The translations under genes were made by a program, and so were the position numbers. A stretch of DNA of 37,801 nt from Eubacteriales bacterium (lineage in GTDB: Bacteria; Bacillota; Clostridia; Oscillospirales; QAKW01), in contig JAZNGR010000183.1 in the NCBI GenBank assembly GCA_045576575.1, forward strand, positions 1-37,801. Reading direction: 5' to 3'. The notes under the pieces were generated by a model, which was not told the DNA's origin, searched no databases, and saw nothing but the letters and a program-made list of their open reading frames with translations. Shown one piece after another: positions 1 to 9,371 of this stretch. The first letter of the stretch is position 1. The number at the start of each line of letters is the position of its first letter.

Positions 1-432
1 TACTGCAAGGGTACAGCCCCGTTCCGCGGCAAATTCCGCCAATTGCCGAAGGCTCTCTTTGGCATAGGCCAACCGCTCGGGGCGATCCTTTTCTTCGATG
101 GGCTCTGCGCTGGGATGAACCACAAAGACCTTGATTCCCACTGCCGCTCCCCGGCGGATCATCTCCCGATCCAATTCCACCGATCTTTTCCGCCGCCCCT
201 CATGGGGATCGGCAATATCAATGGGCAGCTTGGAGGAAAAGGGCAGATGGAAGGACCAAAGGGTCACTCCCGCCTCCTTGGCAAGACGCGCCGCCCGCTC
301 AAAATCGAATGCTTCACATTCGGCGGCAGGCACAGAGATCTCCGCTACCTCGATGCCGGCGGCCTTATAATCCAAAAAAACGGAATCCTTATTCAGTTTA
401 TTCCCACAGGTGGATAATCCGATTCGATACAC
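1..432 (-). CDS. Sugar phosphate isomerase/epimerase (AP endonuclease 2 / xylose isomerase-like TIM barrel), 5' part only; runs off the window
   Basis: Not in the ORF track; translated by hand from GTG at 432, preceded by a GAGGAG RBS: MYRIGLSTCG...AGIEVAEIS...GVTLWSFHLPF...VFVVHPSAEP...GCTLAV. Open to position 1. Confidence 0.8.
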   Translation of the reverse strand, partial: MYRIGLSTCGNKLNKDSVFLDYKAAGIEVAEISVPAAECEAFDFERAARLAKEAGVTLWSFHLPFSSKLPIDIADPHEGRRKRSVELDREMIRRGAAVGIKVFVVHPSAEPIEEKDRPERLAYAKESLRQLAEFAAERGCTLAV

Positions 433-714
433 TTAATAGTTCTCCTCAAACAGCAGTAATTTTTGTTGCAAAGTATGGTTGATGGTCACCGCTTGAATCC
501 GCATATAAATAATGGTAAACAGCACCGTAATCAAGGTGAGCACCGCAGTAATGGGGATATTCTTCAGCCACAAACCACTCACCAATAAAATGGCGATTGC
601 CGCCGCTGCTCCAACACCCAACACCAAAAGAACACGCTTGAGTTTTTTGGCGCGGTATTCCTTCATCAAGCTTTTTCGTTTTTGTTGATACTCTTCAAAA
701 CGCTTAGGGTCCAT
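433..714 (-). CDS. Small hypothetical membrane protein (2 TM segments, ~93 aa)
   Basis: ORF 433..723; ATG at 714 follows a GAGGTG RBS; basic N-terminus followed by two hydrophobic segments. Confidence 0.7.
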   Translation of the reverse strand: MDPKRFEEYQQKRKSLMKEYRAKKLKRVLLVLGVGAAAAIAILLVSGLWLKNIPITAVLTLITVLFTIIYMRIQAVTINHTLQQKLLLFEENY

Positions 715-733
715 ACTTTTCACCTCAAAGAAA

Positions 734-761
734 ATTATACCATTCTCCTATTAAATGTCAA
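734..761 (-). promoter_or_regulatory. SigA promoter
   Basis: Minus strand TTGACA-N16-TATAAT with TG extension. Confidence 0.75.
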
Positions 762-795
762 ATAAAAAAGGCCCTCATAGAGGGCCTTTTTTATT
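761..795. terminator. Intrinsic terminator of the first ABC operon
   Basis: Perfect 16-bp inverted repeat AATAAAAAAGGCCCTC-ata-GAGGGCCTTTTTTATT at the stop codon of the ATPase gene. Confidence 0.85.
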
Positions 796-1567
796 AGTTA
801 CCACACTCAATACTGATCTTATTAAACAGATCCAACAGATCTTCGGTGGTGGTCTTTTCTTTTTCTTCGCCTTTGATATCCAGGATCGCCTGACCCTTAT
901 CCATCATCAGCAAGCGAGAGCCATATTCCACCGCATAGCGAAGGTTATGGGTCACCATCATGGCGGTGAGGTTTTTCTCCTTCACGATCTTATCGGTCAG
1001 TTCCATAATCATCTCGGCGGTATGGGGATCCAGGGCGGCGGTATGCTCATCCAGAATCAGAAATTCCAGCGGCGTAAGGGTGGCCATCAACAGCGCCACA
1101 GCCTGACGCTGACCGCCCGAAAGGGAGCCTACCTGCACATTCATTTTATCCTCCAGCCCCAGCCCCAAGGAAGCCAACTGCTCCCGATAAAAGGCGGCGC
1201 GCTTGCGGTTGACACCCACCGAAAGCCCGAAGGGCTTTCCTTTATTATCTGCCATAGACATATTCTCTAAAATGGTCATATGAGGGCAGGTACCGGCGCC
1301 GGGATCCTGAAAGACCCGCCCGATCTTGCGATAGCGGAAGAATTCTTTTTCCTTCAGAATGCTTTTGCCGTTGATGCGGCAATCGCCTCCGTCTACGGGA
1401 ATGGAGCCGCAGATGATATTCAGCAACGAGGTCTTTCCGCTGCCGTTGCTCCCCACAATGGAAACAAACTCGCCTTTTTCCACCGTCAGGTTAAAATCAT
1501 CGAAAAGGCACATTTCCGTTACGGTGCCGGGGTTATAGATCTTGGTAATATTCTTCAGTTCGATCAT
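794..1567 (-). CDS. ABC transporter ATP-binding protein (putative tryptophan transporter, TrpXYZ-type)
   Basis: Walker A GSNGSGKT, signature LSGGQRQ, ILDEHTAALDP, H-loop VTHN. Confidence 0.9.
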   Translation of the reverse strand: MIELKNITKIYNPGTVTEMCLFDDFNLTVEKGEFVSIVGSNGSGKTSLLNIICGSIPVDGGDCRINGKSILKEKEFFRYRKIGRVFQDPGAGTCPHMTILENMSMADNKGKPFGLSVGVNRKRAAFYREQLASLGLGLEDKMNVQVGSLSGGQRQAVALLMATLTPLEFLILDEHTAALDPHTAEMIMELTDKIVKEKNLTAMMVTHNLRYAVEYGSRLLMMDKGQAILDIKGEEKEKTTTEDLLDLFNKISIECGN

Positions 1568-1570
1568 CGG

Positions 1571-2518
1571 TTAACCCCTCTCTTTCCACATTTTGGAATG
1601 CTTATTCATAAAGGCGGTCACCCGCTCATTGAAAATGAGGATCAGCGCAAACATCACCGCATTGAGCAGTTTAAGATAGATGCCGTTGCTATCCACCAGC
1701 ACCAGATAGTTCAGACAGAGGGAATAGATCACCGCGCCGATGATCACAGCGGTGGTATCCTTCACAAAACGGATGCGGGAGAAGACCGCAATTCCGATGA
1801 TGACCGACGCCAGGGCCATCACCACCTTGCCGCTTCCGCTATCGTTATCATAGGAGCTGAACAGATTGGCATAAACTGCGCCTGCCACAGCAACAAAGCC
1901 GTTTGCAAGGGCAAGACCCAGAATCTTATAATTGCCGCTGTCCCGCCCTAAAAGCACCACCAGCTTTTCATTATCGCCGGTTGCCCGCAGCATATAGCCC
2001 AGCTTGGTCTTTAAGAAGAGATCGATGATCAACTTAAAGGCGATTACCAACACCAATTCCACCAAGAGGATCATATAATCCTCCCCCTTCTTCCCAAAAG
2101 AAGAGATGAGAGCGCCATCAAAAAGACCCTGCAGATTCTCGCTGCGGAAGGAGAAGATGGTGGTGGTCATGCCGTTTTTGGTCAGCAGCATGGTGGAGGC
2201 CAGAGTCACCGAAAGCAACGCGGTCATCACAATAATACCCGCCAACAGATTGGAGATCTTAAACTTCACATGAAGCACACCGGTTACGGTACCGGCCAAA
2301 AAGCCCACCGCAAAGCTGAGGATGATGGACAAAAGGGGCGGCAGGCCCAATTTCAGCATCAGAACGGTGCAAAAGACCCCGCCCAGCGGGAAGGTACCGT
2401 CTACCGAAAGATCGGGAAAATCCAGAATGGAAAAAGAAATATAAACACCCAGGGCTAAGATGGCAAAGCAAAGACCCATCTGCAGCCCATCAATGGTTGT
2501 GCCGAAAAACAATTGCAT
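1571..2518 (-). CDS. ABC transporter permease (BPD_transp_2 type; putative tryptophan transporter)
   Basis: Multi-TM protein with DFPDLSVDGTF and LRATGDN motifs; lies between the binding-protein and ATPase genes. Confidence 0.9.
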   Translation of the reverse strand: MQLFFGTTIDGLQMGLCFAILALGVYISFSILDFPDLSVDGTFPLGGVFCTVLMLKLGLPPLLSIILSFAVGFLAGTVTGVLHVKFKISNLLAGIIVMTALLSVTLASTMLLTKNGMTTTIFSFRSENLQGLFDGALISSFGKKGEDYMILLVELVLVIAFKLIIDLFLKTKLGYMLRATGDNEKLVVLLGRDSGNYKILGLALANGFVAVAGAVYANLFSSYDNDSGSGKVVMALASVIIGIAVFSRIRFVKDTTAVIIGAVIYSLCLNYLVLVDSNGIYLKLLNAVMFALILIFNERVTAFMNKHSKMWKERG

Positions 2519-2542
2519 TTTAAAATGATCCTTTGAACAAAA

Positions 2543-3493
2543 TTATGCTACATCGGTAGCGGAAACGGTGGTGGGAACGGTCAGACCCAGAGCGGCGCAG
2601 ACCTTGCTGTTATAATAGTTATCAGGCTCGGTGATGGTGGCAACGGGGATGGAATCCGCCGCGGTACCGCCCAGAATCTTGGCAGCAGCCTCGCCTGCAG
2701 CCTTACCTACATTGATATACTCAATGGAAGCGCTGGCGGCACAGCCCACCTTCACCTGCTCGATCTCGGAGCCGAAAACGGGAACACCTGCATCGTTGGT
2801 CAGAGGCAGGATATTGGTCTCCAACTTACCCACAACGGTATTATCCAGCAGGTTCACAAAGCAGTCTACCTCTTTGGCCAAAAGATCGTTGACCTTGGTA
2901 TCGATGGTATTGATATCGGCCACCGCGCTATCGAGGATCTCCATACCGGCATATTTCTTGGCCGCTTCCTTCAGGTTGGAGACCTGAATGGGAGAACTGG
3001 ATTCCTCGGTGGAATAGAGAACGCCGATCTTCAGATCGCTCTTATTCATAAAGGCGGTAACGACCTCCAGCTGCTTCTCGAAATTGGGGATATCGGAGGA
3101 GCCGGTCACATTCTCATAATTGGCCATAACCGAAGAGTCGGTAATAGCGCAATAAACAACAGGCACATCCCCATCGGCGGGGGGTGCGGCGGCAACCGCA
3201 GAAGGGGTTGCGATGGCGATGATCACTTCCGCCTGCTTATTGACCAGATTATTGGCCTGGGTCTGGGAAACGCTGGCATCGAAGTTGCTGTTGACATATT
3301 CAACCGTATAATCCTCAACCGCAATTCCGGCCTCTTCCAAGCCCTTCATAATGCCCTCATAGCAGTTATTCAGCGAAGCATGGGAGCCGAACTGAATAAT
3401 ACCGATCACCGGCTTACTTGCGCCGCAGGCGCAAAGGGCCAGCAGCATCGCGGCGATCATCACAATTGCTAAAATTCTTTTCACGGTTTTCAT
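2543..3493 (-). CDS. ABC substrate-binding lipoprotein (ABC_sub_bind family; putative tryptophan-binding)
   Basis: Lipobox LCAC; IIQFGSHASL and IAIATPSA motifs; Trp T-box upstream. Confidence 0.88.
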   Translation of the reverse strand: MKTVKRILAIVMIAAMLLALCACGASKPVIGIIQFGSHASLNNCYEGIMKGLEEAGIAVEDYTVEYVNSNFDASVSQTQANNLVNKQAEVIIAIATPSAVAAAPPADGDVPVVYCAITDSSVMANYENVTGSSDIPNFEKQLEVVTAFMNKSDLKIGVLYSTEESSSPIQVSNLKEAAKKYAGMEILDSAVADINTIDTKVNDLLAKEVDCFVNLLDNTVVGKLETNILPLTNDAGVPVFGSEIEQVKVGCAASASIEYINVGKAAGEAAAKILGGTAADSIPVATITEPDNYYNSKVCAALGLTVPTTVSATDVA

Positions 3494-3514
3494 GGTTCAT
3501 TCTCCTTTATTGAA

Positions 3515-3800
3515 AAAAATAAAAATCCCATACTTCCCTTGCGAGAAGTATGGGACAGAAAACAAAATTTCTGCGGTGCCACCCAAATTGATGAAAGCTC
3601 ATCCGCTTAATCCGCACAATCATGCGGTGCGCTACGGTAACGGGCGCGCTCCCCGTCAACTGCTACTGACGAAATTTCTTTCGCGTTCGGTTGCCCTCGC
3701 AAGTCCATTCAGAATTCCTTCCACTACCGCAATCCCAGCACCTGCGGCTCTCTTGGAGCTTTCGAAACTCTTACTTACTCTTGCTCATCGGTTTCAAATG
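3515..3800 (-). ncRNA. T-box riboswitch with Trp (UGG) specifier
   Basis: Minus strand: AGTA...AGAGAG...GGTGCTGGGA stem I; GAA-TGG-A specifier (3705-3707); T-box AATTTGGGTGGCACCGCAG (3571-3589); terminator TCCCATACTTC/GAAGTATGGGA (3526-3555) followed by a U-tract. Confidence 0.92.
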
Positions 3801-3809
3801 TATGAATCT

Positions 3810-3838
3810 AATTTAGCACATCCGCAACAAGATGTCAA
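3810..3838 (-). promoter_or_regulatory. SigA promoter of the T-box leader
   Basis: TTGACA-N17-TAAATT with TG extension. Confidence 0.7.
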
Positions 3839-3865
3839 GACCTTTTCAAAAAAATCTTTATCGCT

Positions 3866-4660
3866 TTAGCTCAGCAAAGCGCGGTCGTTGGCAAACTCGG
3901 TGCCGCTGCTCTGGCTGAACTTCTCCATCAGGTCGTCTACGGTGAGTTTCTTCTTTTCCTCCCCGGAAACATCGAAGATAATTCTGCCGTTATGCATCAT
4001 TACCAGGCGGTTGCCATGCTTGATGGCGTCTTTCATATTATGGGTGATCATCAATGTGGTCAGGTGATCCTTTTCCACGATCCGATCGGTCGCATCCAAT
4101 ACCTTGGCAGCGGTTTTGGGATCCAGTGCCGCGGTATGCTCATCCAAAAGCAGCAGTTTGGGCTTTACCAAACTTGCCATCAGCAAGGTCAGCGCCTGAC
4201 GCTGACCACCGGAGAGCAGACCCACCTTGGCGGTAAGGCGATCCTCCAGGCCCAGATCCAAAAGTTTCAACAATTCATAATATTCCTCCCGCTCGGCAGA
4301 GGTGATTCCTCTTTTCAGACCGCGGCGCTGACCGCGGCGCTTTGCCAGCGCCAGATTTTCTTCGATCTGCATGGTAGCGGCGGTACCGGTCATGGGATCC
4401 TGAAACACACGACCCAAATATTGAGCACGCTTATATTCAGGCATCATGGTGATATCCACACCATCTAAGAGGATGGTGCCTTCGGTGGTGATAAAGGTAC
4501 CCGCCACCGCATTGAGCATGGTGGATTTACCGGCGCCGTTGCCGCCGATAACGGTACAGAAATCGCCTTCATTTAAATGAAGATTCAAGCCGTTGAGGGC
4601 GATCTTTTCATTGATGGTACCGGCATTGAAAATTTGAGTTACATCTTGAATTTTCAGCAT
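3866..4660 (-). CDS. ABC transporter ATP-binding protein (paralog of 794..1567)
   Basis: GGNGAGKS, LSGGQRQ, LLDEHTAALDP. Confidence 0.9.
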   Translation of the reverse strand: MLKIQDVTQIFNAGTINEKIALNGLNLHLNEGDFCTVIGGNGAGKSTMLNAVAGTFITTEGTILLDGVDITMMPEYKRAQYLGRVFQDPMTGTAATMQIEENLALAKRRGQRRGLKRGITSAEREEYYELLKLLDLGLEDRLTAKVGLLSGGQRQALTLLMASLVKPKLLLLDEHTAALDPKTAAKVLDATDRIVEKDHLTTLMITHNMKDAIKHGNRLVMMHNGRIIFDVSGEEKKKLTVDDLMEKFSQSSGTEFANDRALLS

Positions 4661-5604
4661 TTTGCCGCGCCCTCCTTTGCTTTTTTATGATGATGCTGCG
4701 CCAAGGCGCCTTTCCAATAAGGAACGGCCAAGAAGATGGCAACAACTGCGGCAGTGAGGAGCTTGAGATCGTCGGTAGAAAGACCCAACCGCAACACAAC
4801 CTGGATTACCACATAATAAATGATACCACCCACCACGCAAGCAAACAGTTTCAAGCCGAAATTGCGGAATACTTTGCTAAACAACACTTCACCGATAATG
4901 ACCGCTGCCAAACCGATCACAATGGCACCGCGACCCATATTAATATCGGAGAAGCCCTGATATTGGCTCAAAAGAGCACCGGAGAGGGCAACGATTCCGT
5001 TGGAGATCATAAGCCCCAAAACCTTCGCGCGATTGGTATTGATTCCCTGAGCGCTTGCCATTCGCTGATTGGCGCCGGTGGCACGCAGAGAGCAACCGAT
5101 CTCGGTACCGAAGAACCAATAGAGCAGGAAGATCACCAGAGCGCAGGCAAGCACCAACACGATCAGCGGGTTCTTCAAGGTCCAACTCAGTACATAGCGG
5201 GCAGAGACCAAAATCTTATACTTATCCACGCTGATGGGCAGGTTGGCTTTTCCGTTGCCGGTTCCCCAACCCATGATTCGCAGGTTTACAGAATACAGCG
5301 CCAACTGAGTCAGAATACCTGCCAAAATAGCAGGGATACCGCAACGAGTATGCAAAATGCCGGTCACAAAGCCCGCCAGCATACCGGCGATCAATGCCGC
5401 GATCATAGAGATCCCAACGGGAACACCGTTTAAAGTCAGGATGACGCAGACTGCCGCGCCGGTGGTGATAGAGCCATCCACTGTCAGATCCGCAATATCC
5501 AGGATCCGATAGGTGAGATAAACACCAATCGCCATAATACCCCAGATCAAGCCTTGGTTTAAGGCACCGGGCATGGAATTGATTAAAGACATCAAAAAGT
5601 CCAT
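4654..5604 (-). CDS. ABC transporter permease (paralog of 1571..2518)
   Basis: DIADLTVDGS and LRATGAN motifs; multiple TM segments. Confidence 0.9.
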   Translation of the reverse strand: MDFLMSLINSMPGALNQGLIWGIMAIGVYLTYRILDIADLTVDGSITTGAAVCVILTLNGVPVGISMIAALIAGMLAGFVTGILHTRCGIPAILAGILTQLALYSVNLRIMGWGTGNGKANLPISVDKYKILVSARYVLSWTLKNPLIVLVLACALVIFLLYWFFGTEIGCSLRATGANQRMASAQGINTNRAKVLGLMISNGIVALSGALLSQYQGFSDINMGRGAIVIGLAAVIIGEVLFSKVFRNFGLKLFACVVGGIIYYVVIQVVLRLGLSTDDLKLLTAAVVAIFLAVPYWKGALAQHHHKKAKEGAAKC

Positions 5605-5648
5605 TGACTTTCCTCCAAAAAACGTAATGATTATATAATACAGAAATT

Positions 5649-5676
5649 GGCGGAAAAAGGCAAGCCTTTTTCCGCC
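5649..5676 (-). terminator. Intercistronic stem-loop after the binding-protein gene (partial terminator or mRNA stabiliser)
   Basis: GGCGGAAAAAGG-caag-CCTTTTTCCGCC. Confidence 0.6.
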
Positions 5677-5697
5677 GTTATTTCATTTTCGCAGAAA

Positions 5698-6672
5698 TTA
5701 CTCCATCACAATGGCTTCATAGCCGGCAGGAGCGGCGATACCAAGAGCCTCGCAGTTCGCTGCATTATACTTCTTGGTCACTTCGGAAACGATAGCAACA
5801 GGCATGGTCGTTACATCCGCGCCTTCTACCAAAATCTCATAAGCCATTTCACCGGTGGCATAACCCATATCATAGTAGTCGATGGACAGGGTTGCAACAC
5901 CACAGCCCTTGCAGATGCCTTCTTCGCCGGCGATAACCGGCTTCTTAGCAGGCAGAACCACATTGGCGATCGCCTCGGTATTGGAAGCGGCGGTATTATC
6001 GGTGGGAATATAAATAACATCCATCTCATCACAAGCCGTTTGGGTAACGGAAGCAACATCATTGGTATCGGTGAAACCGAACCACTTTACTTCCAGCCCG
6101 TCTGCCTTCAGGAACTCTTCCACCTTGGTGCACTGATAAACCGAGTTGGGCTCGGTGGTGCAATAAAGCAGACCCACCTTCTTGGCATCGGGGAACATCT
6201 CTTTGATCATGGCTGCCTGCTGATCCAAAGGAGCCAGATCGGAAGCACCGGAAACATTGGTGCCGACCGTACCGGTCCAGTTATCAATCTCCAGAGCGGT
6301 AGCATAATCAGTAACGGAAGTGCCCAATACAGGGATATCTGCGGTAGCGGCAGCCGCTGCCTGCAGAGGAGCGGGTGCATTTGCCATAATCAGATCTACC
6401 TTGCCGGCAACAAAGCCATTGACGATGGTGGAGCAGTTGGCGGAATCGCCGGAAGCGTTCTGCTCATCAAACTTCACTTTATCTTCGCCCAGTTTATCAA
6501 TCAAAGCCTGCTTAAATCCTTTGGTTGCAGCATCCAGCGCATCATGCTGAACCAACTGGCAGATACCGATTTTATAAACGCCATCATCCCCGCCACAGGA
6601 GGTCATGGCGACCATACCGGTCAGCAACATGGCAAAAATTGCCAATACAGAAACTACTCTTTTCATTTTCAA
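5698..6672 (-). CDS. ABC substrate-binding lipoprotein (ABC_sub_bind family, aromatic amino acid-type)
   Basis: Lipobox MTSC; ICQLVQHDALD and IYIPTDN motifs; start is TTG 6672 or ATG 6666. Confidence 0.88.
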   Translation of the reverse strand: MKMKRVVSVLAIFAMLLTGMVAMTSCGGDDGVYKIGICQLVQHDALDAATKGFKQALIDKLGEDKVKFDEQNASGDSANCSTIVNGFVAGKVDLIMANAPAPLQAAAAATADIPVLGTSVTDYATALEIDNWTGTVGTNVSGASDLAPLDQQAAMIKEMFPDAKKVGLLYCTTEPNSVYQCTKVEEFLKADGLEVKWFGFTDTNDVASVTQTACDEMDVIYIPTDNTAASNTEAIANVVLPAKKPVIAGEEGICKGCGVATLSIDYYDMGYATGEMAYEILVEGADVTTMPVAIVSEVTKKYNAANCEALGIAAPAGYEAIVME

Positions 6673-6707
6673 AAATCTCCTTTTTTCACTCGGGTATAAA
6701 CCCGAAA

Positions 6708-6753
6708 CACTTTAACTATTTAAGATTTTAACGCTTTTATGTGTTAAAGTCAA
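6708..6753 (-). promoter_or_regulatory. SigA promoter overlapped by tandem HisR/TrpR-like operator half-sites
   Basis: TTGACT(6753-6748)-N17-TAAAAT(6730-6725); 8-bp periodic CACTTTAA/CTATTTAA/GATTTTAA/CGCTTTTA/TGTGTTAA followed by AGT. Confidence 0.6.
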
Positions 6754-6763
6754 GAGTTTTTTT

Positions 6764-6804
6764 AAAAAAAGAAGGAATTTTTGTTTTGGGCAAAAATTCC
6801 TTCT
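6764..6804 (-). terminator. Intrinsic terminator of the mre/pbp2 operon
   Basis: AGAAGGAATTTTTG / CAAAAATTCCTTCT stem with a U-tract on the minus strand. Confidence 0.75.
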
Positions 6805-6807
6805 ATA

Positions 6808-8850
6808 TTATAATAACGTGTTCTCGGGAGTAACGGGATCGGCGACGGTCACATCGGCAAAATAGGCATCAAAGATATCTCTTGCCACCGAGCCCACATA
6901 GTTGCCATGGGCACCATGTTCCACCACAACACAGACCGCAATCTTCGCATTCTCGGCAGGAGCAAAAGAAACAAAGATCCCGTTGGCAGTTCCGCTGGGC
7001 ACCGAAGCGGTACCGGTTTTAGCGCCGGCGGTGATCCCATAAGAATAACCGAAGACACCTGCGGCGGTACCGGTAAGGGCACATTCCACCATACCGTCCA
7101 TGATGGCATGATAGTTCTCATCCTTCATCTCAAGGCTATCGAGCGCCTTGATCTGCTCCGGCTGCAGGCAGACACCGCTGACCGCATCATAAACGCCCTG
7201 CACCAGATGGGTTTGATAGCGAGTGCCGCCATTGACAATGGTTGCCACATAGTTGGCAAGTTGCAACGGCGTAAACAAATTATCAGACTGACCGATTGCC
7301 GCTTGAAGAGTATCACCGGGATACCAGATTTCATCAATGGACGCCCGATAGGCAGGTCCTGCCAACAATCCGCCGGATTCGCCGATCTCCACACCGGTCT
7401 TGATACCGAGCCCCAATTTGATGCAATAGCGGTTCAAGGCGTCGATCCCCAAGCGGTCTGCCGCTTCATAGAAATAATAATTGCAGGAATTCTTCAGCGC
7501 CGCCACAATATCCTGAAGTCCATGACCCCGCCCGTAATCGGAATAAACCCAGCAACGAGGGCTATAGCCTTGGTATTTCACATAAATGCCTGTATCGCGG
7601 ATCTGCTCACGAAGCCCCACCGCCCCTTCTTCCAACGCGGCGATTCCGGTAGCCATCTTAAAGGTGGAGCCGGGCGCATAGGTGCCGAAAAAGGCACGGT
7701 TCCAAAGAGGTTTCATCTCATCTGTTGCCAAGGCACTATAATTATTATTAAAATCTGTTTGGGTATAAGTGGGATAGGTGGCGCTGGCCAAAATTGCCCC
7801 GCTGTTTACATCCACAACCACCACTGCTCCCGCATTGGCGTCTTCCCCATCCCGCCCCGGCTCATAGGCGCGGCGGGCGATGGTCTCAATACAATTCTTC
7901 AAAGAGTTTTGAGCAATTTTCTGCAGATTGCTATCAATGGTCAGCACCACATTATTGCCGCTTTCCGCTTCTTTCAAAACGGTAACATTCAACACCTTAC
8001 CGGAGGAATCCCGCTCAATGACGCGGGTACCGTCAGAACCCTTTAGAACTTCTTCCATAGCTCTTTCGATCCCGGTTTTTCCCACCGAGTCGTTCATGCT
8101 GTAGCCCTTTGCTGCCATCTCCGGGTATTCCTCTGCCCAAATCTTATCCACATAGCCTAAGATATGAGGCGCAATAGCGGGGTCCGTATAATAGCGAATA
8201 GGTTCGGTATCAATATCTACACCGGGGTATTCATCGGAGAGTTGCTTGACCATTGCAACCAACTCCACGCTGACATCTTTGGCAAATTCATAAGGAACCG
8301 ACAGCGAAAAACCTGCCAACTTCATTTCATATCGCACACCGGCGATCTTGCGCTGTTCCTCCGGCGTATATTGCTCCAATTCAAACTCTTCCACCAAAGC
8401 AGCAAAGGTCTCTTCAGCGGTGGGCGTTCCTTCTAATTTGAGGGTCTTAAACAATTGCTTCAGCGCGGCATCTTCTGCCCCTGCGGTATAGCCATAAGGG
8501 GCTTCCGCCGCCAAAGGTAAGCGGTCATAATACCCCGCTTGATACTGCTCCATCAAGCGGATCAACCGCAAGATAATATCATTTTGCTGATCCCGCGGCA
8601 TCAATGCGCGGGTAAATTTAATGCAATAGCCGGTGGTATTGGTTACCAGACTGACTCCGTTGCAATCATAGATACTGCCGCGAGAAGCGGTAATGGTCTC
8701 GGTGGAATAGATCTTTTGCTCCGATTGCTCTTGATAATACTCACCATCCACCAATTGCAGACGGATCAGGGTAATCAGATAACTGACAAACACCAAAACT
8801 ACCGCCGCAACAATCAGCGTATAACGCAGTTTTCCGTTCTTGAAGGTCAT
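6808..8850 (-). CDS. mrdA: Penicillin-binding protein 2 (class B, elongasome transpeptidase)
   Basis: N-terminal TM, RGSIYD, PGSTFK (SxxK), SCN (SxN), KTGT; follows mreD. Confidence 0.9.
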   Translation of the reverse strand: MTFKNGKLRYTLIVAAVVLVFVSYLITLIRLQLVDGEYYQEQSEQKIYSTETITASRGSIYDCNGVSLVTNTTGYCIKFTRALMPRDQQNDIILRLIRLMEQYQAGYYDRLPLAAEAPYGYTAGAEDAALKQLFKTLKLEGTPTAEETFAALVEEFELEQYTPEEQRKIAGVRYEMKLAGFSLSVPYEFAKDVSVELVAMVKQLSDEYPGVDIDTEPIRYYTDPAIAPHILGYVDKIWAEEYPEMAAKGYSMNDSVGKTGIERAMEEVLKGSDGTRVIERDSSGKVLNVTVLKEAESGNNVVLTIDSNLQKIAQNSLKNCIETIARRAYEPGRDGEDANAGAVVVVDVNSGAILASATYPTYTQTDFNNNYSALATDEMKPLWNRAFFGTYAPGSTFKMATGIAALEEGAVGLREQIRDTGIYVKYQGYSPRCWVYSDYGRGHGLQDIVAALKNSCNYYFYEAADRLGIDALNRYCIKLGLGIKTGVEIGESGGLLAGPAYRASIDEIWYPGDTLQAAIGQSDNLFTPLQLANYVATIVNGGTRYQTHLVQGVYDAVSGVCLQPEQIKALDSLEMKDENYHAIMDGMVECALTGTAAGVFGYSYGITAGAKTGTASVPSGTANGIFVSFAPAENAKIAVCVVVEHGAHGNYVGSVARDIFDAYFADVTVADPVTPENTLL

Positions 8851-9371
8851 ACCAAGTCCTCCTCGATCCGGAATTTTTGATCATAATGCTTCATGATCCC
8901 ATAAAGCGGGAAGGCGCAAAGACCGGTAAAGAAAAAGATGGGCAGGATCCGATCCACCAAAGCGATCTTGAAAGGAACGCTATCCCAAATCAAAACCCGA
9001 TATAAATATTGCAACAGTTGCTGCATTGCCACCCCGCCTAAGCAGATGGAGAGATAAACAAAAAACTGCCGTTGCAATACCAATTCCAGCGCCACCGCAG
9101 TGAAAAAGCCGATGAACATAAAAAGGATTCCGTCCAACCCCACAATGGTGGAGGTAGTCAACTCCGCCAAAAGACCTGCCGCCAATCCGAACCACGCGGC
9201 AAAGGCAGGAGACTCAAAAAAGGACACCCCAACGGTCAGCAGCAGCAAAAGAGAAGGCGCACACCCTAAAAAGCGCACGCCGAATGCCGGTACGCTCTGC
9301 AACAGAAAGCATACCAGAGTTAAAATCACATATTCAAGAAATTTCCAATAATTTCCCGATCTGCTGAACAT
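8847..9371 (-). CDS. mreD: Rod shape-determining protein MreD
   Basis: 174-aa multi-TM protein between mreC and pbp2. Confidence 0.8.
   Translation of the reverse strand: MFSRSGNYWKFLEYVILTLVCFLLQSVPAFGVRFLGCAPSLLLLLTVGVSFFESPAFAAWFGLAAGLLAELTTSTIVGLDGILFMFIGFFTAVALELVLQRQFFVYLSICLGGVAMQQLLQYLYRVLIWDSVPFKIALVDRILPIFFFTGLCAFPLYGIMKHYDQKFRIEEDLV

Noticed and set aside
43-417. 124-aa and 79-aa plus-strand ORFs
   Set aside because: The real gene is the minus-strand TIM-barrel CDS at 1..432
3492-3869. 125-aa plus-strand ORF
   Set aside because: Lies antisense to the T-box leader, which fully explains the region
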